Made by a program: the position numbers and the translations under genes. A stretch of DNA of 36,748 bases, taken from the NCBI GenBank assembly GCA_964454075.1, contig CAYVRS010000003.1, positions 9,483 to 46,230 of the forward strand. Direction: 5' to 3'. The notes under the pieces were generated by a model that saw only the letters and a program-made list of their open reading frames with translations, ran no database searches and had not been told where the DNA came from. Positions 24,828-33,242 of this stretch are shown in pieces (position 1 is the first letter of the stretch; each line of letters starts with the position of its first letter). This DNA is from an uncultured Chitinophagales bacterium. GTDB lineage: Bacteria; Bacteroidota; Rhodothermia; Balneolales; HLUCCA01.

Positions 24828-26201
24828 ATGCGACAGCCGACCATCCTTCTCACCGACGATGAAGCCGGCATCCGCAGAGCCCTCCGGGAAGTGCTTGAAT
24901 TCGAAGGCTACGCCATCCTGGAAGCCGATGGCGCCGAACAAGCCTTCGCGGTGATCGAGCGCGAGCCTGTCGACCTGATGATGCTTGATGTGAAGATGCA
25001 AGGCAAAGACGGTCTGGAAATCCTCGCCGAACTCCGCGACCGTGGGGTCGAATTCCCCATCATCATGCTCAGCGGACACGGCACCATCGATACCGCCATC
25101 CAATCCACCCGGCTCGGCGCGTTCGACTTCCTTCAGAAACCACCGGATCTCAACCGTTTGCTGATCTCTGTCCGCAACGCGCTCGACCGGAACCGCCTGG
25201 TCAGCCAGAACCGGACCATGCGCCGCACCATTTCACAGGTGAAGGAGATCATCGGGGAAAGCGCCGTCATTGAAACCATCCGTCAGACCATCGGCCGGGT
25301 GGCGCCGACAGACGCCCGAGTGCTGATCACCGGGGAAAACGGAACAGGAAAAGAGCTGGTCGCCCGCTGGCTGCATGAGCAAAGCAAACGGAACAGCGGA
25401 CCCATCGTGGATGTGAACTGTGCCGCCATCCCTACCGATCTCATCGAGAGCGAGCTCTTCGGGCACGAGAAAGGGGCCTTCACCGGTGCGGTGCGCCAGC
25501 GTATCGGAAAATTCGAGGAAGCCAATGGCGGCCCCCTGTTTCTTGACGAGATCGGCGACCTGAGTCTGGCCGCCCAAGCCAAAGTGCTGAGGGCCCTGCA
25601 GGAGAATGTGATCACCCGGGTCGGGGGCACCAGCGCCATCAAGGTGGATGTGCGCGTGATCGCCGCCACGAACAAGGATCTGGAGGAGGAGATTGCGGAA
25701 GGACGGTTCCGGGAGGATGTCTATCACCGTCTGAATGTGATTCCGCTCCATGTGCCGCCTCTGCGTGAACGTGCGGGCGACATCCCTCTGCTGGCCAGAT
25801 GCCATCTGGAGGAATTGGGCCGCAAAGACATCCTTTTCGCAGGGAAAGTGCTCACCGAGGATGCCCTTACAGCCTTGTCCAGAATGGAGTGGTCGGGCAA
25901 CATCCGGGAACTGCACAATGTGGTGGAGCGGCTCGGCATTTTGTCCTTGGCTCCTGAGATCACGGCGAAAACCGTGGCCCAGGTGGTCGCCAAGCCAAAA
26001 CCGCAACATGGGAAAGCCGGTTTGGGGGATCTGCTGGAGCAGTATTCCGACTTCCAGCAATTCAAGGAAGCCACGGAGAAGGAATTCATCCGCCATCAGC
26101 TTCACAAGCACGAATGGAACATTTCCGCAACGGCAGATTCCATCGGAATCATGCGTTCGCACCTGTACAACAAGATCAAGAAATACGAACTGGAGCGCTA
26201 A
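24828..26201 (+). CDS. Sigma-54-dependent response regulator (NtrC family: REC + AAA+ + Fis-type HTH)
   Basis: REC domain (LLTDDE, MLDVKM, LQKP). Sigma54-interaction domain (GESAVIETIRQTI, ITGENGTGKELVA, GAFTGA, LFLDEIGDL, RVIAATNKDL, FREDVYHRLNV). C-terminal HTH_8 (NISATADSIGIMRSHLYNKIKKY). Confidence 0.92.
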   Translation: MRQPTILLTDDEAGIRRALREVLEFEGYAILEADGAEQAFAVIEREPVDLMMLDVKMQGKDGLEILAELRDRGVEFPIIMLSGHGTIDTAIQSTRLGAFDFLQKPPDLNRLLISVRNALDRNRLVSQNRTMRRTISQVKEIIGESAVIETIRQTIGRVAPTDARVLITGENGTGKELVARWLHEQSKRNSGPIVDVNCAAIPTDLIESELFGHEKGAFTGAVRQRIGKFEEANGGPLFLDEIGDLSLAAQAKVLRALQENVITRVGGTSAIKVDVRVIAATNKDLEEEIAEGRFREDVYHRLNVIPLHVPPLRERAGDIPLLARCHLEELGRKDILFAGKVLTEDALTALSRMEWSGNIRELHNVVERLGILSLAPEITAKTVAQVVAKPKPQHGKAGLGDLLEQYSDFQQFKEATEKEFIRHQLHKHEWNISATADSIGIMRSHLYNKIKKYELER

Positions 26202-26202
26202 G

Positions 26203-27099
26203 ATGTCAGCAACATTGATCGATGGAACCGCTGTGGCGGCCGACGTGCGCCATCAAGTGCGCACTGATGTGGCCGATTGGGTCGCACGAGGAAATCGCGC
26301 GCCGAAACTGCATGTCCTGCTGATCGGCAACCATCCGGCTTCCCACGCCTATGTGGGTTCGAAGCTGCGCGCCTGCAACGAAGTGGGTATCGGATCGGAG
26401 ACGGAAACGCTGCCCGACACCATTTCCGAGAAAGAGCTGAAAGCGCGGATCCGGGAACTCAACGAAGACGATTCGGTCGACGGGATCCTGGTCCAGCTGC
26501 CGCTTCCCGAACACCTCACCCCCTTGAGCGTCATCGAATCCATCGACCATCGCAAGGATGTCGACGGATTCCATCCGATGAACGTGGGGCGTCTGGCGAT
26601 CGGGATGCCCTGCTACCGATCCTGCACGCCGGCCGGCATCATGGAACTGCTCAAAGTCTACAGCATCCCGACGAAATCGAAACATGCGGTGGTCGTCGGC
26701 GCCAGCAACATCGTGGGTTCGCCTATGGCGATCATGCTCTCCAGGGAGCATGAATCAGGCTCAGGCAAGGCCACGACAACCATCTGCCATAAGTACACTA
26801 AGGACCTTACGCTTCACACGATCAATGCCGACATCCTCATCGTGGCGGCTGGCCAGCCGAACCTCATCACCGCGCCCATGGTCAAGGAAGGCGTGATTGT
26901 GATCGACGTGGGTATGAACCGGGTGGCCGACCATACCTCGACGAAGGGCTACAAGCTGGTCGGGGATGTGGACTTCGACCGTGTGCGTGAAAAAGCGAGC
27001 TGGATCACACCCGTTCCGGGTGGCGTCGGACCCATGACGGTCGCCATGCTGATGAAAAACACACTTCTGGCGGCTAAGAAAGCGGTTTATCCCGACTGA
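26203..27099 (+). CDS. folD: Bifunctional methylenetetrahydrofolate dehydrogenase/cyclohydrolase
   Basis: From ATG 26203 the sequence is MSATLIDGTAVAADVR...LHVLLIGNHPASHAYVGSKLRACNEVGI...DGILVQLPLPEHL...KDVDGFHPMNVGRL...VVVGASNIVGSPMA...TPVPGGVGPMTVAMLM. The ORF-track start at 25750 is an out-of-frame overlap with the regulator gene. Confidence 0.95.
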   Translation: MSATLIDGTAVAADVRHQVRTDVADWVARGNRAPKLHVLLIGNHPASHAYVGSKLRACNEVGIGSETETLPDTISEKELKARIRELNEDDSVDGILVQLPLPEHLTPLSVIESIDHRKDVDGFHPMNVGRLAIGMPCYRSCTPAGIMELLKVYSIPTKSKHAVVVGASNIVGSPMAIMLSREHESGSGKATTTICHKYTKDLTLHTINADILIVAAGQPNLITAPMVKEGVIVIDVGMNRVADHTSTKGYKLVGDVDFDRVREKASWITPVPGGVGPMTVAMLMKNTLLAAKKAVYPD

Positions 27100-29591
27100 T
27101 CGGTCGTACTCAACAGGCGAATCACCTGTTCCACAGATTGGGTCTGGGCCAGGCGCTCGGCCAGGTCCGGATGACGCAACCGGCGGGCCAGTTGGTTCAG
27201 CCGCTCCAGATGCTCTTCCGCGCGTTCATTCGCAGGATGGATCAACACCGCCATCGCGCAGGTCGGTGATGGCGCTTTCGGCACCGAGATCCGGTTCCGG
27301 CAGATCGCCAACATCAGTCTCGGCTCGTCCACATCCTCAGCCACCGACTCCAGAAGCACGATTCCGGAGGTCAGCTCCGAATTGTACGCGTCGTTCAATC
27401 GGACGATCTCGTCCGCGCGTCGTTGGGCCGCGTCAGCGGATTTCGGATACAGGTCGCTCATCAGATCGTGCATGATCTGCTCGAACGTCGACTCTTTCGA
27501 AGGGAAAATCACGGAAGCGTCTTCGATCAGGCGGTCCATAGGTCTGATTTCCTGAGGCTCCTGATCGCCCTCCAACTGCTCACCGATTTCCGACGGATAA
27601 ATGGCGATGAAGCCGTTTTCAGGGAAACGGGACGAGATGAGGGAGGGGAGACGGTCCAAACCCGGACGCCACGACAAGGTGCCCTCCCGGGCGCTCTGCA
27701 GGATGAAGAGATCGTCCCGACCCAGGCGGTTTTGAAGCAGCTCAGGCAGGTCGGTCCAACGGTCCATGCTGATGAACGTGATCATCAGCGGCTGCTTGGT
27801 GCCTTTCACACAGGCCTTGATGCGCGGCATGCGCTCTTCGATGCCGATGATGGTGAGCTCGGCGCCGATCTGATTGGCCAGGATCATGACATAGCGCAAC
27901 GCCTCCATGAATCCAGGTTCCAAGGTTGCGAACGGCGGAATGGCGAAATAGATCTTGCGGATGGTGGAGATGCGCCGTTCCATCTTGCAGACCATGATCA
28001 TATGCCTCACCTGGGAGAGAAGTTGGTCGAGCACTCCACCGAAAATGGCTTCCGAAGCCGACGATTGCCCGTTCCAACCGATGATCACGTTCGTGATGCG
28101 TCGTTCTTTCACGGCTCGGGTGATGCCGCTGGAGATGTTCATGTCGACCCGGGTCACCGGAGACACCGGCACATCCGCACTCGCCGCATAGATCACCGCA
28201 TGGGAGAGCATGCGCTCGCTGTTGGCCACATCCGCCTGCACATCAGGACCGTCGCGCACCACAGTCAGAGGATAAACCGGTTCCTTGGAGGATTTCTCAC
28301 GCATGGCGAAGGCCATGTCCATGAGCGCTTCCGCGGTGGTCGGGTTCGCCAGAGGCACAAGGATGCGCTGTGGCTGCTCGTTGCCACCCTGGATGAGATG
28401 CTCGTCTTCGATCGCGATCTGGCGGCCGTATCGGTCCACCATCCAAGGACCCATCAGGCACGTGATCAGGATCATGATCACGACAGCGTTCACGATGATC
28501 GCATCGAACAACCCGATTTCGAAACCGATCAACGTCACGGCCAAAGTGGCGGCCGCCTGGGGTATCGACAAGCCAGACATCAGCAGGATATGACGGGTGG
28601 TGAAGCCATACACCGTGCCGGCGGCCCACGCCGCTCCGCCTTTGCCCACCACCACCATCGCGGTGAACATCAGCGCATACGACCAGACCTCCAGGCTCTG
28701 CATCACGTTCACATCCACGAGCATGCCTACCGAAATCAGGAAAAAGGGAATGAAAAGTGCGTTACCCATGAATTGGACCCGATTCATGAGAGGCGATGAC
28801 TCAGGTACGAGTTTGTTCAGCAGCAATCCGGACATGAATGCGCCGATGATGGGGGCGAGGCCGGCTAGTTTGGCCAGATACGCGGTGACAAACAGGATCG
28901 CCAGCAGGAGCACGTAATCGGCTTCCGTTTCTTCTGTGAACGTTCTGAAGAACCATCGGGCCAATCTCGGAATGGTCATGGCGATGAACCCGATGAACAG
29001 GGCGATGGATGACAGGAAAACAACCCAGAAATGGATGTTGATGTCCGGGTCGCGCTCTGCCGCGATCACGAAACCAAGCACCATCAGCGAAATGAAATCG
29101 GTGACGATGGTGCCCCCCATGGTCACGGTCACACTCGGATGCCGGGACAATCCCAGTTTGGCCACCAAGGGATAGGCCAGCAAAGTATGAGACCCCACGA
29201 TGGCCCCCAAAAGCAGCACGGGGTTCATCTGCAGATCGAGCACATGGAGGCCGATGGCATAAGCCAGCCCGAAGGGAAGACCCACGGAAAGCACACCGAA
29301 CACCAGACTGCGGTTACGCAGCCGGTGGAACTGGTTCAGATCGATGGACAAGCCTGCGGTGAAAATCAGATAAAGCAGGCCGACAGTTCCCAAGAGCACG
29401 ATGGTGCTGTCGCGGGCGAGAAGTCCGGTCATGCTCGGACCCACCACCATGCCGGCAAGGATCAGACCGACCGTGGATGGGAGTCTCAGCCTGCGCGATA
29501 GAAAGGGTGACAGCAGGATCAGCACCATTACCAAGGCGAAGATGAGGACGGGATCCTGAATCGGTAAGGGAAAAGGCAGGGTGAATGACAT
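27087..29591 (-). CDS. CPA2-family cation:proton antiporter fused to two Usp-like domains and a C-terminal PTS-EIIA(type 2)-like domain
   Basis: The N-terminal roughly 385 aa are a multi-TM Na_H_exchanger-like region (LILAGMVVGPS, GLSIDL, TIVTDF). The middle contains RILVPLANPTTAEALMDMA... and KIYFAIPPFATLEPG..., which look like Usp-type alpha/beta modules. The last roughly 140 aa align by eye with PtsN (EEHLERLNQLARRL versus HIRLLSRISRLM). Confidence 0.82.
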   Translation of the reverse strand: MSFTLPFPLPIQDPVLIFALVMVLILLSPFLSRRLRLPSTVGLILAGMVVGPSMTGLLARDSTIVLLGTVGLLYLIFTAGLSIDLNQFHRLRNRSLVFGVLSVGLPFGLAYAIGLHVLDLQMNPVLLLGAIVGSHTLLAYPLVAKLGLSRHPSVTVTMGGTIVTDFISLMVLGFVIAAERDPDINIHFWVVFLSSIALFIGFIAMTIPRLARWFFRTFTEETEADYVLLLAILFVTAYLAKLAGLAPIIGAFMSGLLLNKLVPESSPLMNRVQFMGNALFIPFFLISVGMLVDVNVMQSLEVWSYALMFTAMVVVGKGGAAWAAGTVYGFTTRHILLMSGLSIPQAAATLAVTLIGFEIGLFDAIIVNAVVIMILITCLMGPWMVDRYGRQIAIEDEHLIQGGNEQPQRILVPLANPTTAEALMDMAFAMREKSSKEPVYPLTVVRDGPDVQADVANSERMLSHAVIYAASADVPVSPVTRVDMNISSGITRAVKERRITNVIIGWNGQSSASEAIFGGVLDQLLSQVRHMIMVCKMERRISTIRKIYFAIPPFATLEPGFMEALRYVMILANQIGAELTIIGIEERMPRIKACVKGTKQPLMITFISMDRWTDLPELLQNRLGRDDLFILQSAREGTLSWRPGLDRLPSLISSRFPENGFIAIYPSEIGEQLEGDQEPQEIRPMDRLIEDASVIFPSKESTFEQIMHDLMSDLYPKSADAAQRRADEIVRLNDAYNSELTSGIVLLESVAEDVDEPRLMLAICRNRISVPKAPSPTCAMAVLIHPANERAEEHLERLNQLARRLRHPDLAERLAQTQSVEQVIRLLSTTDQSG

Positions 29592-29633
29592 CCTGCAAAA
29601 TAGTCATAAAAAAAATAGCACCCGGTGTTGGCA

Positions 29634-29651
29634 GTGACATAATGGTGTCAC
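29634..29651. repeat. Small palindrome GTGACA-N6-TGTCAC in the divergent intergenic region (possible operator or hairpin)
   Basis: GTGACA at 29634..29639 and TGTCAC at 29646..29651. It sits between the antiporter start (29591, -) and the 104-aa ORF start (29694, +). Confidence 0.3.
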
Positions 29652-29693
29652 TTTGGGCTTGAAGCTTGGTTTAAACAACAAAGGAATCCGCTC

Positions 29694-30008
29694 ATGTCCA
29701 CCGCACTGAAAACCACCGCCCTCCGTTCCACCCCGCAGCTCCACGCCGTCGCGTTGCCCGATCCGCTCATCGCGGAAGCCTCCGACATGCTTGAGGCTAT
29801 GGGTTGGACCGACATCCCATCCGAACTCAAACGCTCTGTCGCCATCGATGTGATCGGCTACCGGGATGAGCTTCTGGGCCTGTATGCCACACGCGATCCG
29901 CATGTGATGGCCCGCCGCCGTTCCGTCTACTGGTGGGTGGAAGCCTATCGCTGCGGCACCTGCTCGTTGGAGACGGCGCTTGATGCCTTGAAGATGGACA
30001 TCAGCTAG
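29694..30008 (+). CDS. Hypothetical protein, 104 aa, no family recognised
   Basis: ATG preceded by AAGGA 9 nt upstream. Third codon positions are strongly G/C-biased, as in neighbouring genes. It fills the only gap between the antiporter and the GT2 gene. No motif recognised. Confidence 0.5.
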   Translation: MSTALKTTALRSTPQLHAVALPDPLIAEASDMLEAMGWTDIPSELKRSVAIDVIGYRDELLGLYATRDPHVMARRRSVYWWVEAYRCGTCSLETALDALKMDIS

Positions 30009-30931
30009 AAGCGCCCGATCACGATGAGCACCCGCATGATCCAGGTGTCGAAGGGCGTGTTACGCCGCAGGGGCATGGTCGCCGCGTACCGGAGTCTGCC
30101 GATCGGACCCAAATCGCGCGCGGCGATGAATCCGTCGAGGATGGACCGGTTGGTCGCGTTGAGCGAGGCGCCGTACCGGGATCGAAACTCACGGGCTTGG
30201 TCGGTCACCCGTTTCGCGATGTCCCCGTCGCCGGCGAATCGCTTGAACCGGTTCCAGAGTTCGGTCGCCCAATTCGGAGCGGCCGGGGTCACATTGTCTG
30301 AATGTTTGCGATACAGGAGGGAAGGATGAGGATCGTAGATCACCTGTCCGAAAGCGGACACCACCAGGTAGCACCACCAATCATGCATGAGCGCCCATTC
30401 AGGGACCGACTCCAGCACCTTCCGCCGCGCCGCGGCGTTCATGACCAACGTGCAACCGGTGGCCTGGTTCTGCACCAGAGCGGTATGGAAGCCGGATTGG
30501 GTGGGGATGGGGCTCAGTCCGGTTTCCCTGAGCCGGGCATCGGTGTACCTCAACCGCGTGTACACCATCGCCGGAATGTCGTCAGAAACCTGCCCGAGAA
30601 GGAAAGCGGCTCGCTCGCATTTGTCCGGAAGCCAGACGTCGTCCTGGTCCGCGAACGCATAATAGCTGGAATCGTCGCCAGCCTCTGCCAACAGGGTCAT
30701 GAAACTGTGGAAAACTCCGATGTTTTTGCCAAACACCACCTCACAAGAGAGACGCGAGGCGCTGGCGAAGGCGTTCAGCCGGCCGGGCGTGCCGTCCACC
30801 GATCCGTCATCTCGGATCCGAAGGCGCAGGTCCGGCCAGGTCTGACGCTCCAGCGACTCCAGCTGGGCGTCGACCCATCCCTCTCCGTTGTAGGTGGACA
30901 TCAGAACGGTCATCCGGCGGTTCACAGGCAT
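30005..30931 (-). CDS. Family 2 glycosyltransferase
   Basis: Contains MTVLMSTYNGEGWVDAQLESLERQTWPDLRLRIRDDGSVDGT and the DxD-like FADQDDVWLPDK. The start is either ATG 30931 or ATG 30913. Confidence 0.85.
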   Translation of the reverse strand: MPVNRRMTVLMSTYNGEGWVDAQLESLERQTWPDLRLRIRDDGSVDGTPGRLNAFASASRLSCEVVFGKNIGVFHSFMTLLAEAGDDSSYYAFADQDDVWLPDKCERAAFLLGQVSDDIPAMVYTRLRYTDARLRETGLSPIPTQSGFHTALVQNQATGCTLVMNAAARRKVLESVPEWALMHDWWCYLVVSAFGQVIYDPHPSLLYRKHSDNVTPAAPNWATELWNRFKRFAGDGDIAKRVTDQAREFRSRYGASLNATNRSILDGFIAARDLGPIGRLRYAATMPLRRNTPFDTWIMRVLIVIGRF

Positions 30932-32094
30932 GAAAGGACCTCCATGAATCGGGAACGGACCGCCTCTTCGGAGAACATGTCCGGCACCGGAGCCGCTTGA
31001 GATGCTCCCGCCGCAGTGATGAACTTGGCCATGACGTCCGCATCCGGGTCAGCCGGATCCACGGCATAGGCCTGTGACGCACTGGATAGGGCGTCCCACG
31101 CCGCGCTGCCCGGGGAGGCGATGCCGAGGATCGGCCTGCCGGTAGCCAGATAATCGAAGAATTTCGCCGGGATGGATCCTTTGGAGGAAGAGAGAAGCAC
31201 CAAGCCCGAGGCCTTGGCCAACTCGGGAAGAAGTTCGGTGCGTGTGAGCGGCGGATGAAGCGACCAACCGCGAGAGAGGGCATCCGCCTTCTCGTCCGGC
31301 GTCAGGTCGCCGATGAGGGTGAACCGATGTTCCGGCAAGTGTGAAAGCACTTGGGACAGTTCGTCGGTGTCGCGCTCCGGGCGGGAGCTGGTGATTCGTC
31401 CGGCATAGAGCAGTTGAAGGGTGGAGGAGCCCGACTTGTCTGTTCCGATGGAGTCGGGCGCCGCATTGGTGACCACACGCACTTTGGAGCGATGCTCCGG
31501 ATACCGCTCTCCCAGCATCTCCGCCCATCGCTCGGAGGTGACGGTGACCACGCTCGCCTGACCGATGCAATGCGATTCGAGTTTCCGCTCCCGCCAGCGT
31601 TGTATGGCTGAGGAGCGCAGCAGCGGCTTGAGCGGTTCGTCGAGCCAGCCATCGCGCATGTCCATCCAGAAGGGGATGCCATACCGTTTCGAGAGGGCCG
31701 CACAGGCCAGGAACGCCGCTTCGGGCGGCGAGGAACTCATCACCGCGGCGCAGGTTCGAGCCGAATGCCGCACCACGGGATGCGCCAACACCCGCCGGGC
31801 CCAGACGATCGACGGATCGGGCAAGAGCAGGGCATAGGCGAGCCATCGCCGCAAGGCGTTCGGCTTGCGAGGCGGAGGTGCATCCGGAGCGGGTGCCACA
31901 TGCATCCGAAGCGGATCAGGAATGGTGATTCGGGTGAAGCCCTCCTCCTCATTCAGGCTGTAGCGCAGGCCCGAATCGACGAGGATGACACGATGCCCGG
32001 CCTGCCTGAGCCAGGCCACATGCCTCCGCAAACGCAGATTGCCCACGTGGGCCTCGTGCTGCCACCACGGTGCCAGAATGAGGATGGGAATCAT
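30922..32094 (-). CDS. GT-B fold glycosyltransferase (GT4-like)
   Basis: The ATG at 32094 forms an ATGA overlap with the upstream gene's stop, giving MIPILILAPWW.... The C-terminal half has GT-B features (LLYAGRI...; LVLLSSSKGSIPAKFFDYLATGRPILGI). The upstream 73 codons of the ORF are Arg/Pro-rich and overlap the previous gene. Confidence 0.65.
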   Translation of the reverse strand: MIPILILAPWWQHEAHVGNLRLRRHVAWLRQAGHRVILVDSGLRYSLNEEEGFTRITIPDPLRMHVAPAPDAPPPRKPNALRRWLAYALLLPDPSIVWARRVLAHPVVRHSARTCAAVMSSSPPEAAFLACAALSKRYGIPFWMDMRDGWLDEPLKPLLRSSAIQRWRERKLESHCIGQASVVTVTSERWAEMLGERYPEHRSKVRVVTNAAPDSIGTDKSGSSTLQLLYAGRITSSRPERDTDELSQVLSHLPEHRFTLIGDLTPDEKADALSRGWSLHPPLTRTELLPELAKASGLVLLSSSKGSIPAKFFDYLATGRPILGIASPGSAAWDALSSASQAYAVDPADPDADVMAKFITAAGASQAAPVPDMFSEEAVRSRFMEVLSCL

Positions 32095-33242
32095 TCGCCA
32101 CCTCCGAGCTGTTGGTATCGTCGGATGAGGGCTTCGGCCTGGCTCCGATGATGGAAGCGGGTTTCGATATGCTGCCGAAGCGCGATTTGGGAGGCTTCCC
32201 AATCTTCGCGGGTCTGCCATACGCGGATCAGATTGGCGGCCATGGCGTCGGTGTCCCGCTCTTCCGAGAGCCATCCGGTACGTCCGTTCTCGATCACTCC
32301 CGGAATGTCGCAATGCCTTGTGCTGACTACGATCATGCCTGAGGCCGCGGCCTCGATCAGACTCACCGGAGCCCCGCCTTCGCAGTCGCCGTCGACCGCG
32401 GTGACGCTGGGAGCCAGGTAGACGTGATGGTCTTCATACAGGGCCTGGAGCTCGGTCGCCGAAACGAATCCAAAACGCCGGATCGGTGATCCGATGGACG
32501 TGTCAGCCAATATCCGTTCGATCCGCTTTTTCTCAATCCGGGCCGATTCATCCGCCGCATCCCCGACAATGGTCAGTCGGATCGGTATCTCGGATGCGGC
32601 TTTGGCTACGGCCTCGATGCCATACGGAATGCCTTTCTTGGGACGGAACGCCGACGCCATGAGCACATGCAGCGACTCACCCGGCGCCACTCGTCGGGGT
32701 TTGAATCGGATCCGGCCCACATCAACGCCTAACCGGTGCGCATGCACCTGTTCGGGCGAAGCACCGAGGGCGATGATCGAGTCTCGCATGTATTCGCCTT
32801 CGCAGAGGATGTGCACGCCGCTGGCGAACATCCGACGGTACATGGGTAGCCATCGGGCTTCGTTGTAGGGAAGCTGATGCACATCCATCCCATAGAACGA
32901 GACCAGATGGGGGATGCCCAGATGCTCGGCCAAACCGACGTTCTGCGCGCCGATATGCCCGAAATGCGAATGCAGGACATTCGGTTTGAGGGAGGCGGCC
33001 AAGGCGGCATCCGCGCCGTTGACGGAGATCAGCCCCGCTTTTCGAAGAGCCCGGTTCACGAGATGCCGTGCTGGCATCTCGATGCGGGCGGAGCGAAGTC
33101 CGGAATGGGCGGGCGCTCCTGGATAGATTACCTCGGTCAGGATATGGTTTGTCACCTGCGCGTCTGTGTCCATGATGAGCTGACGGAGCCAGGTCATGGT
33201 GCCCGGCAGCCATTCGGATGTGCGATGAAGCACCCGGATCAT
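32091..33242 (-). CDS. Family 4 (GT-B, retaining) glycosyltransferase
   Basis: ATG 33242 (ATGA overlap with the wzx stop) gives MIRVLHRTSEW.... An EX7E-type region follows: DCEGGAPVSLIEAAASGMIVVSTRHCDIPGVIENGRTGWL. Confidence 0.82.
   Translation of the reverse strand: MIRVLHRTSEWLPGTMTWLRQLIMDTDAQVTNHILTEVIYPGAPAHSGLRSARIEMPARHLVNRALRKAGLISVNGADAALAASLKPNVLHSHFGHIGAQNVGLAEHLGIPHLVSFYGMDVHQLPYNEARWLPMYRRMFASGVHILCEGEYMRDSIIALGASPEQVHAHRLGVDVGRIRFKPRRVAPGESLHVLMASAFRPKKGIPYGIEAVAKAASEIPIRLTIVGDAADESARIEKKRIERILADTSIGSPIRRFGFVSATELQALYEDHHVYLAPSVTAVDGDCEGGAPVSLIEAAASGMIVVSTRHCDIPGVIENGRTGWLSEERDTDAMAANLIRVWQTREDWEASQIALRQHIETRFHHRSQAEALIRRYQQLGGGE

Noticed and set aside
25750-26202. N-terminal extension of the folD ORF (a 449-aa version); likewise 9493..9600 for aroB and 17310..17390 for the Omp85 fusion
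   Set aside because: The extensions overlap the preceding genes in another frame and lack homology. Internal ATGs give canonical N-termini: MSATLIDG for folD, MLTETLNL for aroB, and a signal peptide MMKRFL for the Omp85 fusion.
29608-29615. A8 homopolymer upstream of the antiporter start, considered as a phase-variation tract
   Set aside because: Eight bases is short for slipped-strand switching. It is not within a coding frame, and no second tract or methylase/invertase context is present.
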